This document shows positions 36,228 through 46,558 of a stretch of 64,000 nt of DNA, in pieces. The translations under genes and the position numbers were made by a program. The DNA is from a virus, in the IMG/VR virus record IMGVR_UViG_3300045738_002037, positions 1 through 64,000 of that record. One strand, written 5' to 3'. The notes under the pieces were generated by a model, which saw only the letters and a list, made by a program, of their open reading frames with translations, ran no database searches and was not told the DNA's origin. Position 1 is the first letter of the stretch; each line of letters begins with the position of its first letter.

Positions 36228-37320
36228 CCGTAAACTCAGCCTCGCAGTCTGGGCATCCCAGCGTTACAGTAGTGTCAATACCCGGCGTATGATTACGCAG
36301 CCATTCGCGGATTGAAGACGTATCAGTAGCATGGAGTTTATCTATGAAACTTCTAATAGTAAACGGATTATCAGTGCCCATCACATCGATTATAATCTTT
36401 TCAAGATTGTCAGTAATTGCGTCATCTAATTCTTCATTCTGACCTCTTTGCGCTTGAACATCTAATGATTTTGCGGTTCCCGGACGAGCATACGACCTTT
36501 TTTTAGTACGCCGCTTTGAAATCATGCTGTTAGCATCTTTAGCTCGTAACAATCTAACCGAAACCCAAACTTCACGGCCAGTGGCTTCAGTCAGATATGG
36601 CAACACAATCCTAAAAGGTTCAGAACCAGAAGCGGGATCAGCCCAAGTTATGGTGCCAGCTAACAAGTTTAAATCATATACGTGGGTTGACGTAGCTTCA
36701 CATGTAGGACATTGCACTGCAAACTCGTACATATTGCCATGAGTAATACCGCGAATATAATAAAGTAAAAATATTCTATCACCGAGAATCAATTCAACAG
36801 GGTCAAAACCTTCAGGAAATTGGCAACATTCTCTAAACAAATAATCGATAGATTGCCCAGATTGCGCCAATCTTTGCGTCGCTAAAATTTTCTCGGCAGT
36901 TTGGCCCATGGCTCTGACTTTAACTAAACCATCGGGCCAATCATAATAAAATCCTTTACTCGGCAATTCACAATTTTCCCATGGAATTAGTTGATCTTGC
37001 GGAATTTTTAATAATTCATTTAAAAATTCTTCAGAAGAAGCATCAGGACCTGCTAAAGATTCTAAATTTGCAATAGACGATTTTATTTCATTATGATTAC
37101 CACTGCTGTCAGAAGCAGATACTGATTTTATTGGTTCTGAACCAGATATATTTAATTCTTCTTCAACTGGTTCTTCAACTGGTTCTTCAACTGGTTCTTC
37201 AACTGGTTCTTCAACTGGTTCTGTTGATTCATTAGACTCTTGTTGTGAAGAATCCTGATTTTTAGGATCATTTTCTTCAGGTATTTCCGGGTAATCTACG
37301 TCAGCCATAATATTCTCCAA
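36172..37320 (-). CDS. gp26-like baseplate hub assembly protein
   Basis: LPSKG.YY, GDR.FLL..IR....G, CPTC and CPDC zinc pairs, terminal SFF; (EEPV)x5 repeat at about 37160-37221. Confidence 0.85.
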   Translation of the reverse strand: MENIMADVDYPEIPEENDPKNQDSSQQESNESTEPVEEPVEEPVEEPVEEPVEEELNISGSEPIKSVSASDSSGNHNEIKSSIANLESLAGPDASSEEFLNELLKIPQDQLIPWENCELPSKGFYYDWPDGLVKVRAMGQTAEKILATQRLAQSGQSIDYLFRECCQFPEGFDPVELILGDRIFLLYYIRGITHGNMYEFAVQCPTCEATSTHVYDLNLLAGTITWADPASGSEPFRIVLPYLTEATGREVWVSVRLLRAKDANSMISKRRTKKRSYARPGTAKSLDVQAQRGQNEELDDAITDNLEKIIIDVMGTDNPFTIRSFIDKLHATDTSSIREWLRNHTPGIDTTVTLGCPDCEAEFTVELPISESFFRPSNAGRV

Positions 37321-37344
37321 CCATAATGATTTTCTACGATGTAT

Positions 37345-37971
37345 TTACTCTCCTCCACTATTTCCCTTATCTGGCGGCGCTGGGGGCCGTGGAGGTAACG
37401 GTCTATCAATATTATCGCCCATCTGCCCAAACGACGTTTCGTCCGGACTATTCTGAGTTATTTCTTCGGCCCAATCATAAGTAAGAGTAACTTCTACTTT
37501 CTTTATATCACTACTAGTATATGTAAGTTCGCCATATTTTATAACAGACGGCCAACTATTTATTAACCTATATTCTTGTACTCCAGTGCCGTCAGGTAAA
37601 AACGTCCTGAGTCTGGATTCTTTTTTATATTTAGCAACTGCAGCAAAACCATACATAGGACTCCATACAGTTTTTCTCCATTGCTTAACAGTATCAAGAA
37701 AACCAGCTGTATCGTACCAAGCCACTTTAACATCGGCCCAATTAACAGATTTAGCAAATTTATATTCTAATGATGCGCCCATTACAGTTTCTTGCGCAAC
37801 GTTAAATGAAGGCAATGTAATTGTTTTGCAATGAATTATGCCTATATTAGCATATGCTTGATTTTCATAAAAATTTTCAATCTCCCAAGTATATGTATAA
37901 TAATAATCAGTAGTATCCTTCACCGCAGCCGAACCGACACCGCCTTGACCATTTATTATAAATCCCGGCAT
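37345..37971 (-). CDS. Tail tube-like protein (gp19 paralog 3)
   Basis: MPGF start; WP....GEL.Y.SSD...EVTL.YD.A motif. Confidence 0.8.
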   Translation of the reverse strand: MPGFIINGQGGVGSAAVKDTTDYYYTYTWEIENFYENQAYANIGIIHCKTITLPSFNVAQETVMGASLEYKFAKSVNWADVKVAWYDTAGFLDTVKQWRKTVWSPMYGFAAVAKYKKESRLRTFLPDGTGVQEYRLINSWPSVIKYGELTYTSSDIKKVEVTLTYDWAEEITQNSPDETSFGQMGDNIDRPLPPRPPAPPDKGNSGGE

Positions 37972-37974
37972 TAT

Positions 37975-38154
37975 TTAATCCTCCATGGCCTCATTGTCTA
38001 GCGTATCCAGCTGATGCCGCCTCTCGTCATAAGGCATAGTTGTCCATTTGTTGTCTATAATTTCGTCCTCTGGGTCAAAAGAAATTGATACAAAAGAAGG
38101 AATAACCATTGCTGTTACAGTGGAAGTAATGAATTCTCTTTTGTCCATTTCCAT
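37975..38154 (-). CDS. Small hypothetical protein, 59 aa, Tat-signal-like N-terminus
   Basis: Not in track. MEMDKREFITSTVTAMVIPSFVSISFDPEDEIIDNKWTTMPYDERRHQLDTLDNEAMED fills the gap exactly. Confidence 0.55.
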   Translation of the reverse strand: MEMDKREFITSTVTAMVIPSFVSISFDPEDEIIDNKWTTMPYDERRHQLDTLDNEAMED

Positions 38155-38165
38155 TTTTAAATTTC

Positions 38166-38714
38166 CTAATTGCGAGATTCCACGGCCCTGTCAATTTGAA
38201 GTGTTATAGCTATTTCTGACAAATCAGTGTCTTTATAACTCAAATCAGACGGAAGAACCTTAGATGGCCAACATCCATATAAACTATATTTCCATATAGT
38301 AACGCCGTCGCCGTCCAACATTTCAAGCTGGCATTCTTTTCTATAATCATTAGGTTTATATTGCCTCGAACCGAGTGTGTCGATCATGGTCCCTTGCCAC
38401 CACTCATATATAACATCTGCCGCATTACTAAACGGAATATTCGGAGCAGCTGACCCATAATGGCCAATCACTACTTCGTAAAAAGTAATTTCAAGTGGCT
38501 TCCAGAAATGCTGGCCGGGTCGATATATTCTATCTTGACCACTATGAATTTTTATAACATCAGCTTCAAACGATGGCCTTGATGCTTTATGCGCATAAAT
38601 CAAAATATCTTTCAATGGGTCTAAAATACTAAAAACATACCTATGACTCCTGGCAGTTTCTACAGTGTTTGGCGGTTGCCCTGCTGAAGTCCCCGCTATG
38701 TTAAACCCTGGCAT
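38166..38714 (-). CDS. Tail tube-like protein (gp19 paralog 2)
   Basis: MPGF start; ASRPSF, GCWPS....DLSY...D..EI.ITL..DRA. Confidence 0.85.
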   Translation of the reverse strand: MPGFNIAGTSAGQPPNTVETARSHRYVFSILDPLKDILIYAHKASRPSFEADVIKIHSGQDRIYRPGQHFWKPLEITFYEVVIGHYGSAAPNIPFSNAADVIYEWWQGTMIDTLGSRQYKPNDYRKECQLEMLDGDGVTIWKYSLYGCWPSKVLPSDLSYKDTDLSEIAITLQIDRAVESRN

Positions 38715-38727
38715 AATTTCCTCTTAA

Positions 38728-38759
38728 TAAAATTGCGGGGGGCATTATTTATGCCCCCC
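38728..38759 (-). terminator. Intrinsic terminator/attenuator after the main tube gene
   Basis: GGGGGGCAT-(5 nt)-ATGCCCCCC stem followed on the minus strand by GCAATTTTATT. Confidence 0.7.
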
Positions 38760-38793
38760 ACAAGCTATTTATCAATTCTAATGCCGTAAAACA

Positions 38794-39318
38794 TTAAAAT
38801 CTTCTTGCTCTATCATACCTCATTGTTGCTTCAACAGTCATGAGGTCAGTAGAGGTATAATTCAATTCTTGATAATTCACAGCTTGCGGCCACACCCCGT
38901 ACATTTCCCATCGCTCATTAGATGCGCCTTGCCCATCTTGCACCTGCAGATTGGCCTCAGCTTTATAAACATTAACGGGCGCAACATTGGCCGAAGGAAT
39001 ATCAATAACAGAATTCAACCAATTATAAACTGCCTCAGAAACATCCGGAGATTGTTCACCATCATACCATACCAGTGAAATCGGCTCCCACGATTGCTTG
39101 CCAGCAAAGTAGACCTTTTCCTGATTATGGTGCATTTCAGGTTCTTCGAACGAGAAACTAGGGCGCTGGGCCGATTGTAATAACAATAAAACATTAGGGG
39201 CGACGGGACCAAGCGTCTCGAATACCCAACGATGCGCACGGCGAACTTCGATGGTATTAGACGGACCACCGCCTCCGCCAGCATTAACTACATTAAATCC
39301 AGGCATTTTTATCTCCAA
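38794..39318 (-). CDS. gp19: Major tail tube protein (gp19-like)
   Basis: SAQRPSF, YFAGK..W.PI, GVWP.......L.Y...D....E.T.RYDRA; directly after the sheath gene; likely start at MPGF. Confidence 0.9.
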   Translation of the reverse strand: MEIKMPGFNVVNAGGGGGPSNTIEVRRAHRWVFETLGPVAPNVLLLLQSAQRPSFSFEEPEMHHNQEKVYFAGKQSWEPISLVWYDGEQSPDVSEAVYNWLNSVIDIPSANVAPVNVYKAEANLQVQDGQGASNERWEMYGVWPQAVNYQELNYTSTDLMTVEATMRYDRARRF

Positions 39319-39330
39319 TTAAATCCAGCA

Positions 39331-42264
39331 CTATCTTAATCGACCTTCTGTTGTAACAACACCACCTGCGGCCAAAACTTCCTCAGCCGAAAAACTTGCG
39401 CCAGTTCTTAACACAACAAGGTTTAATACGATAAATTCAACAGCTCTCGTGGGCTTCAAGAAAACTGATACCCACAATTCATTTCTGTCAATTCTCTCGG
39501 GGGTATTATTGGTTTCATCACAAACTACTTTAAATGCTTGTAACCCCCGTCGTGCTTGAACATCAGCAAGGAATGGGTTAACAGTAGATCTGACTTGCGC
39601 CCATAGAGCCGAATCATTAGGCTCGAAAACAAAATTTCTAAGCGATCTCACCAAATTCTTCTTAAGGTGAATCAACAACATCCTAACATTAACACGATCT
39701 AATGCTGAAAACGAACGCTGTAAAGTTCTTTGGCCCCAAACAGTAATTCCGTCTTGCGGAAATTTAACAATGGGATTAACAGCATTGCCAGAACCATAAA
39801 GCAAATCACGTTCACCTTGAGTTGGCGAGTACTCAACATCGAGTGCCGTCAACAGATGCCCTCTTTGTAAACCAGCTGGCGCAAACCATTGTTCACGCTC
39901 TCTGGCAGTTCTAGAAAATACAGAAGCAACATGGCCAGACGGCGGAACCCAAATCTCATCAGCAGCAAACTGATCAAAAATTTTAACCCAGCCCCAATAC
40001 AAAGCGCCATAGCTACTGTTAATCGCTGCTGAAACGTCGGATAACAACATTCCATTGTGCCAATCTACAGCCTGTTGTGGTCGAAGGCCAAACGGCGGAT
40101 CAACTATGAACAATGTGTCACCACGACTTTCACACATTTGTAGTGCTGTGCCAATAACAGCGCCACTTGAGAAACCAGGAATCAACAATAAATTGATGTC
40201 AATTGATTCTGGATTCTGGAATGCATAAATGCCGCTATTAATGGCGGGATTGCCAATAACAACTGCGTCTAATTCACTAGAATAAGCCGGGTCAGTCGGA
40301 ATACCATTGGCCATTCCACGAAATGCTTTATTAGTAAATTGCGACGGCAATCTAACAGTGTAAGCATTACCGCCGGTTAACACGTTTACATTGTTATTAA
40401 GGAAAGCCGGGCGTTGCTCCCAATGAACAAATGCATTTCCATTTGTTCCGCCATACTTGGTGCCGGGATTAAGAACATTGCCGATATAACGATCGTCTCT
40501 TTGGTCAAATGTTACATCGCTAATAGTTTCAGCCGCAACGCCTGCTTTATCAGTAATAGTCAATGCATAGCGTCCAGCAGTTTCACCGACTCCCTCAGTG
40601 TAAGAATCAAGCGTAGCCTCGTAAGCATTTACGCCGTCAACATCGCCAAGCCACGTTCCAGGAGAAGGTGCCACAAAGAACCCAACAATATTCTGGAAGT
40701 ATGCCGTTTCAGAAGTACATGTTGCACTCGTTGAATCGGTTTCACATGACAATGGAGTTGACGCAGTGCTTTCGCCAGAAGCCGGAAGAATTAATGTATT
40801 GTCAGAAAATCCTCGATATGACTTCTTATATGGAAAATCAATGTCCAGTTCTTCTGAGAATCTAAGGGTTCTAATGTTTGAATGATCTGCTCTCATGCGC
40901 AGGGTGTCAAATTGCCTTCCTACAGTAGCAACAATAACAACTTTAGTTTCACCGCCAGGAACTGACAATGAGAAACTATCAAACAATGTTTCTCCAGCAA
41001 CGACGCCCGCCACATCAATTGCGGCAGCGATGGTTGCCACAGACTGATCATTGCCGATTGGAACATTAAATTCAACAGTCGCTGTTGACAAACCAGAAAG
41101 AGCCGCTGAAGCTGAAGTAGGAGCTATGGATGAAGCACTTTGTGACCCAACAAGATCAATAACTACTCTATTATTCTGAGTAGAAATGTCAAAAGGACCA
41201 CTAAATTGACCAAGAAGATAACTACGCGGAATATCCCATGCCCATAATTGCTGCCCTAATTCTATAGCCCATGCTTCCCCAGCCACAATTTGAACTCTTT
41301 CACCAGCAGTTGACGATCTGATTTGTGGAATGACAACCGCGTCAGTCCTAGTATCAGACACCATTGACCAATTTTCGCCACTCAACAAAGCATTAGCTGC
41401 TGAAACAAAAGCAGCTACGGTAGTGTAAGTCGCAGCTGGCATTGTGTAACTAGAGCCATCAGTGCCATCAACTGCAATTTTAAATGCTCTATTGTCAGGT
41501 ATTACCCGCCAAGTAAATGTATCATTAACTTGAAGGACACCGGTAGTCACTTCTACTCTTACTGACACCCCATCGCCAACACTAATGTATGTTGAGTCAC
41601 CATCAGGAGCGCCGCCCTCTGACAAAGTACCATTGGCGACAACCACACCATCACTATTTCTAATAATTTCAAAAGTCGCACCCGCAACCTTTGCGTCATC
41701 TGAAATATTGGGCGATCCGGTGATGATCATAACAAACGTATCATCAATCGCGCCAGTGTAAGTTCCAGAAGTTCCAATAGTGGCCGATGTAACGCCAAAT
41801 GTTCCAGCGTCAGTAGCATCATTATAACTAATATCAACTATAGACGCAGCATGAAAAACAATCGAATTATCAGAATCAATTAATCTTAAATCAATTTGAC
41901 CGTAATCAATACCGGAAAATACTGGAATTCGACCCCAACCTTTTTCACGATTGCCAGCAACATCAATAGCAATGTCCTGTAACACAGTCGCTTGGTTAGA
42001 ATCATATTCAACACCGGCTCTCATAATATAAGCAGAATTACCTTCTTCCATATAGGAAAGAACTGCATACATCAAATAGCTGTCAGAAAATGGTTCCCCA
42101 AAAATATTTATTGCTTGCGTAGCATTAGTAACTAAAGTTGGTTCATTCATCGGACCCTTCTGGGCCGTGCCAACAAAAGCAGGCCGCAGTGGGCCAACCG
42201 CTGTTGGTATAACGCTAAGATCAATCTCGCGTGGGAAAACACCTGGACTTAAATAAACTGCCAT
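39331..42264 (-). CDS. gp18: Tail sheath protein (gp18-like)
   Basis: YLSPGVF.REID.S, GTAQKGP, WVPPSG, WFAPAG..RG, WGQRTLQ...SALDRVNVR, FEPND, KPTRAVEFI. Confidence 0.97.
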   Translation of the reverse strand: MAVYLSPGVFPREIDLSVIPTAVGPLRPAFVGTAQKGPMNEPTLVTNATQAINIFGEPFSDSYLMYAVLSYMEEGNSAYIMRAGVEYDSNQATVLQDIAIDVAGNREKGWGRIPVFSGIDYGQIDLRLIDSDNSIVFHAASIVDISYNDATDAGTFGVTSATIGTSGTYTGAIDDTFVMIITGSPNISDDAKVAGATFEIIRNSDGVVVANGTLSEGGAPDGDSTYISVGDGVSVRVEVTTGVLQVNDTFTWRVIPDNRAFKIAVDGTDGSSYTMPAATYTTVAAFVSAANALLSGENWSMVSDTRTDAVVIPQIRSSTAGERVQIVAGEAWAIELGQQLWAWDIPRSYLLGQFSGPFDISTQNNRVVIDLVGSQSASSIAPTSASAALSGLSTATVEFNVPIGNDQSVATIAAAIDVAGVVAGETLFDSFSLSVPGGETKVVIVATVGRQFDTLRMRADHSNIRTLRFSEELDIDFPYKKSYRGFSDNTLILPASGESTASTPLSCETDSTSATCTSETAYFQNIVGFFVAPSPGTWLGDVDGVNAYEATLDSYTEGVGETAGRYALTITDKAGVAAETISDVTFDQRDDRYIGNVLNPGTKYGGTNGNAFVHWEQRPAFLNNNVNVLTGGNAYTVRLPSQFTNKAFRGMANGIPTDPAYSSELDAVVIGNPAINSGIYAFQNPESIDINLLLIPGFSSGAVIGTALQMCESRGDTLFIVDPPFGLRPQQAVDWHNGMLLSDVSAAINSSYGALYWGWVKIFDQFAADEIWVPPSGHVASVFSRTAREREQWFAPAGLQRGHLLTALDVEYSPTQGERDLLYGSGNAVNPIVKFPQDGITVWGQRTLQRSFSALDRVNVRMLLIHLKKNLVRSLRNFVFEPNDSALWAQVRSTVNPFLADVQARRGLQAFKVVCDETNNTPERIDRNELWVSVFLKPTRAVEFIVLNLVVLRTGASFSAEEVLAAGGVVTTEGRLR

Positions 42265-42319
42265 TGGTCACTCCTAACGGCTTATAACTAAGTAACTATA
42301 AATATTTTTGCCGAAAAGA

Positions 42320-42574
42320 CTAGGAATTTATTGTTTCTTCACGTTGTTCCTGCACTTCACTATCATATGTGACCTGCAACATCCCTCTGGCAACCAAATT
42401 TTTCACCTGATCATTTATCAAAAAGCTTTTGGGCAACAATGCATCCTGTCCTGGAGTTAGTCTAACCTGTTGCTCATTCTTGTAAAAATCGCTTCCCGGC
42501 GCTCGCACCTGAAGAGCAATCATTTGTTTGCTAGTATTGTAAATTCTGATTACATGTGTTTTTTGCTTAGCCAT
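42320..42574 (-). CDS. Small protein, paralog of 63657..63890
   Basis: Start reassigned to ATG 42574 (MAKQK) after AGGAG. Confidence 0.7.
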   Translation of the reverse strand: MAKQKTHVIRIYNTSKQMIALQVRAPGSDFYKNEQQVRLTPGQDALLPKSFLINDQVKNLVARGMLQVTYDSEVQEQREETINS

Positions 42575-42588
42575 AATTGTTGGTTCTC

Positions 42589-43500
42589 CTATGATCCAGT
42601 TGACTGACCCCACACACCAGATGGAGTTCTATCTTTAGTTATATCCTCTATTGTTTGAGTTGGCTCAAACCAATAAGAATCGCCACTTGAAGATGTACCC
42701 TTTGATGCTAACAAAATAGACCCAATTTTCTCGTTGAAAGTAGTGACTCTGCCAAGCACAACAGGGGTAATAGTTTCTGGCAATGGCAGCCATGCCTCAG
42801 CAGTAAACGAAAGTTCATACCTTACATTTGCGTGCTGATCAAATCCCGTTTCTTTTTCGCTAGCATCTGTTGAACCACCGAATTTCATTTGTATATTTCC
42901 CTGAATTCTGCCATCAGACATTTTAAATTCAGCGAGAGGGTTGAATCTAGTTAACGCTTGATATTGAATATATTCAGCGTCCCTTTTATGTTCTGCCCAA
43001 ATAGTTATAGTATAATCAACATTATATGGCACAGGACGTTTATATTGAGCAACTAAACTTTTGCCAGTATTAAGATATCTGTGCCCCAAATGCCTATATG
43101 GTGGGCTGAATTTCTCAGCATTAAATTCATGCCGTTCTCTACTTATAGTTGCAAGAGGTAGCCTGACACGTCCTTCTTTTAAATCATCCGCCCAAATAAG
43201 TAAACTTTTATCACCGCCAGCAATTTTTACTCTCATAAACCTATAGGAATCTTTAGTAGGAACTCTGATTCCAGACCAATATTGTTTCATAGCATCATCA
43301 AGAGATCTAAATCCCGGAATTAAAAATTCTTCTATATCATAGGGATAAGATAAAAAATCATTGCCGTCTAAAGGATTTCTGCCTCCCTCAACATGACTCA
43401 ACTGTTTGATTCCTGGTATATCACGAACCTCATTTGGCACTTGCGACGCCAAATTAGCTTGTTTAACCGTAAAATCAGTATTAAAGTCGTATAGGGGCAC
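42589..43500 (-). CDS. Tail sheath stabiliser/terminator (gp15-like)
   Basis: LPLATISR, PVPYNVDYTITIW, RYELSFTAEAWLP; lies between neck and sheath genes. Confidence 0.75.
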   Translation of the reverse strand: MPLYDFNTDFTVKQANLASQVPNEVRDIPGIKQLSHVEGGRNPLDGNDFLSYPYDIEEFLIPGFRSLDDAMKQYWSGIRVPTKDSYRFMRVKIAGGDKSLLIWADDLKEGRVRLPLATISRERHEFNAEKFSPPYRHLGHRYLNTGKSLVAQYKRPVPYNVDYTITIWAEHKRDAEYIQYQALTRFNPLAEFKMSDGRIQGNIQMKFGGSTDASEKETGFDQHANVRYELSFTAEAWLPLPETITPVVLGRVTTFNEKIGSILLASKGTSSSGDSYWFEPTQTIEDITKDRTPSGVWGQSTGS

Positions 43501-43512
43501 TAAAAATTTCCT

Positions 43513-43827
43513 TTATCTAACCCCGTTATCATTTATTAAAGAAATAATATTGGTCGGATTTTTCAAATTTTGAATCATAGCGTCCATTCTATCTTTAGTT
43601 CTATCATATTGTTCTTGATCCATTGAAGATTGAGTACTCAAAAAAAACGTAATTTCCATGCCATTAACTTTCTTACCCATTGGCTCGCCCATGTCTAATT
43701 CTATAGCATTTTTGACATTTTCTGATATACCTTTAGCAAGAGCATTTAATATAGCATGACTTTGCACTTTCATATCTGAGCTTATTTGCCCTTTAATGTA
43801 ATCAGATGCTTTCGAAATATTTGCCAT
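43513..43827 (-). CDS. Hypothetical protein
   Basis: 104-aa ORF in the neck operon. Confidence 0.6.
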   Translation of the reverse strand: MANISKASDYIKGQISSDMKVQSHAILNALAKGISENVKNAIELDMGEPMGKKVNGMEITFFLSTQSSMDQEQYDRTKDRMDAMIQNLKNPTNIISLINDNGVR

Positions 43828-44425
43828 TCGTTTGTATCCTTTCTTCCGTTGGCATATCTTGCTCTGGCCTAACAGTAATGTCAGCGGTAAGAGTCTCTAC
43901 TGCACATGTTAAATAAAGCCAATGATAGCGAAAATTGCCACTTGGAGTAGCATTGACTATTCTAAAATTTTTAGGCGCAATAGCAGCAGCATTGTATGGC
44001 AATTGAACCACGTCGCCTATCCGCAACATTCTATCGCCAAACTGTTCATATAATTGATGATGGCTAAAAATGACTTCGCTTCTGTTTCTTGCGTCAGCAC
44101 CCCATTTTTGTAATTCAACTTCCAACGGCATGGGTTTAAAATAAGCCTTCATATGTACAGGATTCCAATAAGTAGGATCAGCATCTTCGTCCCATACAGC
44201 ATCGTAATCGGCATTGTCAGTTCGAATAAAAACTTTGATTTCTGCACCGGCTACGTGAATCTGCTCATTAGCCATGAGCCTAACTAATCTTAAATCAGCA
44301 CTTGCCGGGTCATGAATCTGAATAGGCGTATGACGCTGCTCTGTTTCTGACCTATAACTGGTCAGAATCGTATTAAATTTGTCGGCGTCTACCCCGCCTG
44401 TGTCTTGCGAGAACCTATGTAACAT
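43802..44425 (-). CDS. Neck/head-closure protein (gp14-like)
   Basis: E.I...G, D.VWDED, L.KWG.D, RIGDVV.LPY. Confidence 0.75.
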   Translation of the reverse strand: MLHRFSQDTGGVDADKFNTILTSYRSETEQRHTPIQIHDPASADLRLVRLMANEQIHVAGAEIKVFIRTDNADYDAVWDEDADPTYWNPVHMKAYFKPMPLEVELQKWGADARNRSEVIFSHHQLYEQFGDRMLRIGDVVQLPYNAAAIAPKNFRIVNATPSGNFRYHWLYLTCAVETLTADITVRPEQDMPTEERIQTNGKYFESI

Positions 44426-44504
44426 TTAATCCTCCGAGTTATATTTGGATAGAGCAAAATAGCACGCACGACGGATTATACTCAAACAGCATCATATATA
44501 GGAA

Positions 44505-44972
44505 CTATCGCAATTCCCGAATCGTGCCCTCAGGCACATATGGGTCCGTAAGCGGTTTAGGCGTAGCAGCAAAATCTGGCGATGGGCAATATCCTTGCCC
44601 AACAACATCACAATGATCATATGACGTGGTTACAGTCTCATCGCTAGACGCATTCAATCTCAATATTTCATAAAAATCGTCATATGGATTGCAAAGATTC
44701 GCACCTTTATCATTACACCCAAGTTTTATATCCGGTAAAACTAACCATTTTTGGCGTCTATTACCTTCACCCCAATTATGGCCTAAAACTACGTAAGACC
44801 CCGGCAAAGCAATCAGGGCATCTGCTAGTGCGATAAAAACATCAGAGCAACGCTTATAGCGCGCCAATGTATCAGAAGTTATAGCAGACGACGGTTCACA
44901 CCCCGGCACCATTATTTTGTTATTGGGCAGGATTTCTAATTTAAAATTGATTACAATATCACTTAAACTCAT
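44505..44972 (-). CDS. Hypothetical Cys-rich protein
   Basis: 155-aa ORF starting 1 nt after the gp13 stop. Confidence 0.6.
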   Translation of the reverse strand: MSLSDIVINFKLEILPNNKIMVPGCEPSSAITSDTLARYKRCSDVFIALADALIALPGSYVVLGHNWGEGNRRQKWLVLPDIKLGCNDKGANLCNPYDDFYEILRLNASSDETVTTSYDHCDVVGQGYCPSPDFAATPKPLTDPYVPEGTIRELR

Positions 44973-44973
44973 A

Positions 44974-45735
44974 TTACCACTTCACAATCCCCAATGGTTC
45001 GCCTAATTGGAAAGCTTTCTCAATTATTTCTTCTTTTTCTTTAATGCCTTCGGCCACTAAATCCCCGCCATCATAACTAATTGAACCACCGTCAGGCGTT
45101 GGGACTCCCGTTATTTTTCTTCTAGCACTGCCAAGCATAACTTTAGCTTCGGCCAACATCATATCACTGGCAAGCTGTTTGGCTTGTGGGCTTCTAAAAT
45201 AATTAATCACAGGAGTGTACATTACTACTACTGGATATGAACCTTTAGGTGTTGGATACAATCTTATCAATTGATCTTTGGATGCTCCGTCTACTTCCCC
45301 AAGAACTTCCCAGTGCCCTTCTGTTCCTAAAACTTTTTGCGAAAACGCTCTATAAGATTGCAAAAGATGATAATCAACTAAAATATTCTGAATTCCAGAA
45401 ATATTACCAATATTAAATAAGAAAGATTCAGCGCCAAACACATCGTCGATTCTAGTAGTTACCGGATCCCAAGAAACTTCTTGTATCCAATACGCATCTG
45501 CAGGCATTGGGTAAGTTGATTTTAATGGCTCGGTGTAAAACACGGCCATTTTTTGTTCTCTAGGAAAATAACCAGCTATAAAATCGCCAGCCGTTGATAA
45601 AATGGAATTCCACTGATCCTCCATAATTTCCACTTCAACTACAGGATGCCCCAATTTGCTAAGCACATATTTTTTCATTGGGTCAGGATTTACCTTCAAA
45701 ATAGCAGGTAAATCTGCAGGAGCTATTATGGCCAT
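44974..45735 (-). CDS. Neck/head-tail adaptor (gp13-like)
   Basis: YVLSKLGHPVVEVE, A.AK..LG..R.K....P.P.GG....G..L..EG..E. Confidence 0.85.
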   Translation of the reverse strand: MAIIAPADLPAILKVNPDPMKKYVLSKLGHPVVEVEIMEDQWNSILSTAGDFIAGYFPREQKMAVFYTEPLKSTYPMPADAYWIQEVSWDPVTTRIDDVFGAESFLFNIGNISGIQNILVDYHLLQSYRAFSQKVLGTEGHWEVLGEVDGASKDQLIRLYPTPKGSYPVVVMYTPVINYFRSPQAKQLASDMMLAEAKVMLGSARRKITGVPTPDGGSISYDGGDLVAEGIKEKEEIIEKAFQLGEPLGIVKW

Positions 45736-45914
45736 TATTCTTCTATCTCCTCTGAATCACCAACATGACCCAGAAATCTACCACTCATATAACATTCACT
45801 TGGTAACCGTTCTTCAAAAATGTTTCTTGATCCAGCTTCGGCTCTTCTTTTATATTCTTCAATACGAGCATCCATCATGCGCTTAAAATCATTTTCAAAA
45901 TCAGATTGAGACAT
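45735..45914 (-). CDS. Small hypothetical protein, 59 aa
   Basis: Not in track. MSQSDFENDFKRMMDARIEEYKRRAEAGSRNIFEERLPSECYMSGRFLGHVGDSEEIEE; TAATG-coupled to gp13. Confidence 0.65.
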   Translation of the reverse strand: MSQSDFENDFKRMMDARIEEYKRRAEAGSRNIFEERLPSECYMSGRFLGHVGDSEEIEE

Positions 45915-45932
45915 AGGATTTCCAAAACTAAT

Positions 45933-46484
45933 TTACCTAGGAAAATGATATCCACGATTTCCCCAAATCACGCCAGCATAACGAATTCTAAAAACACTGT
46001 AAGTGATACCGCCGGGAAGACCAGCCGTCAAATTAGACTCAATTAAAGCTTTTAAAGTTTTAACTTCATCAGCAATAGCCGTATTCGGATTAGATTCAAA
46101 ACTATGAGAGCCACCTGCTCTTGTTAAAGTTTCACCCGCATGAATTAATGTCTTGTCAGGATGCACTTGCGCATTAGCAGTTGAAGAAGTATAAAAACCA
46201 GTTATTTGCACATACGGAGGTGAATTACCAAACTGCGGCACTGCACCGCCACCATAAGATAAACTGCTATATTTATTACCAGTTTTCCTATTGTATAATT
46301 GTTGGCCGCCGCCAGGCTCAGCCATATTCATCGCAGAACTTTCATCAGTATACAGCGATGCGTCTGTCAATGCATCATAGACTAATGAAGATATCCTTTG
46401 AATTTCTCTAATATATTCATGTCTTTTCCCCGTTCTTTGCGGGAAGATTTTAATATACACATCAAAAGGAACTTGTTTCGCCAT
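45933..46484 (-). CDS. Hypothetical protein, probably virion
   Basis: 183 aa; GAGG SD and CAAAACTA motif upstream. Confidence 0.7.
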   Translation of the reverse strand: MAKQVPFDVYIKIFPQRTGKRHEYIREIQRISSLVYDALTDASLYTDESSAMNMAEPGGGQQLYNRKTGNKYSSLSYGGGAVPQFGNSPPYVQITGFYTSSTANAQVHPDKTLIHAGETLTRAGGSHSFESNPNTAIADEVKTLKALIESNLTAGLPGGITYSVFRIRYAGVIWGNRGYHFPR

Positions 46485-46558
46485 TATACACCTCTCAGGA
46501 TTAATGTTCTACAATAGTTTTGACACAGAAGATGCTGCTATTTTTTAAAATATTTCAA

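Noticed and set aside
21186-42264. Bacterial contractile injection system (eCIS/T6SS/tailocin)
   Set aside because: Capsid, portal, terminase, protease and neck genes are contiguous with the tail genes, so this is a complete phage morphogenesis region.
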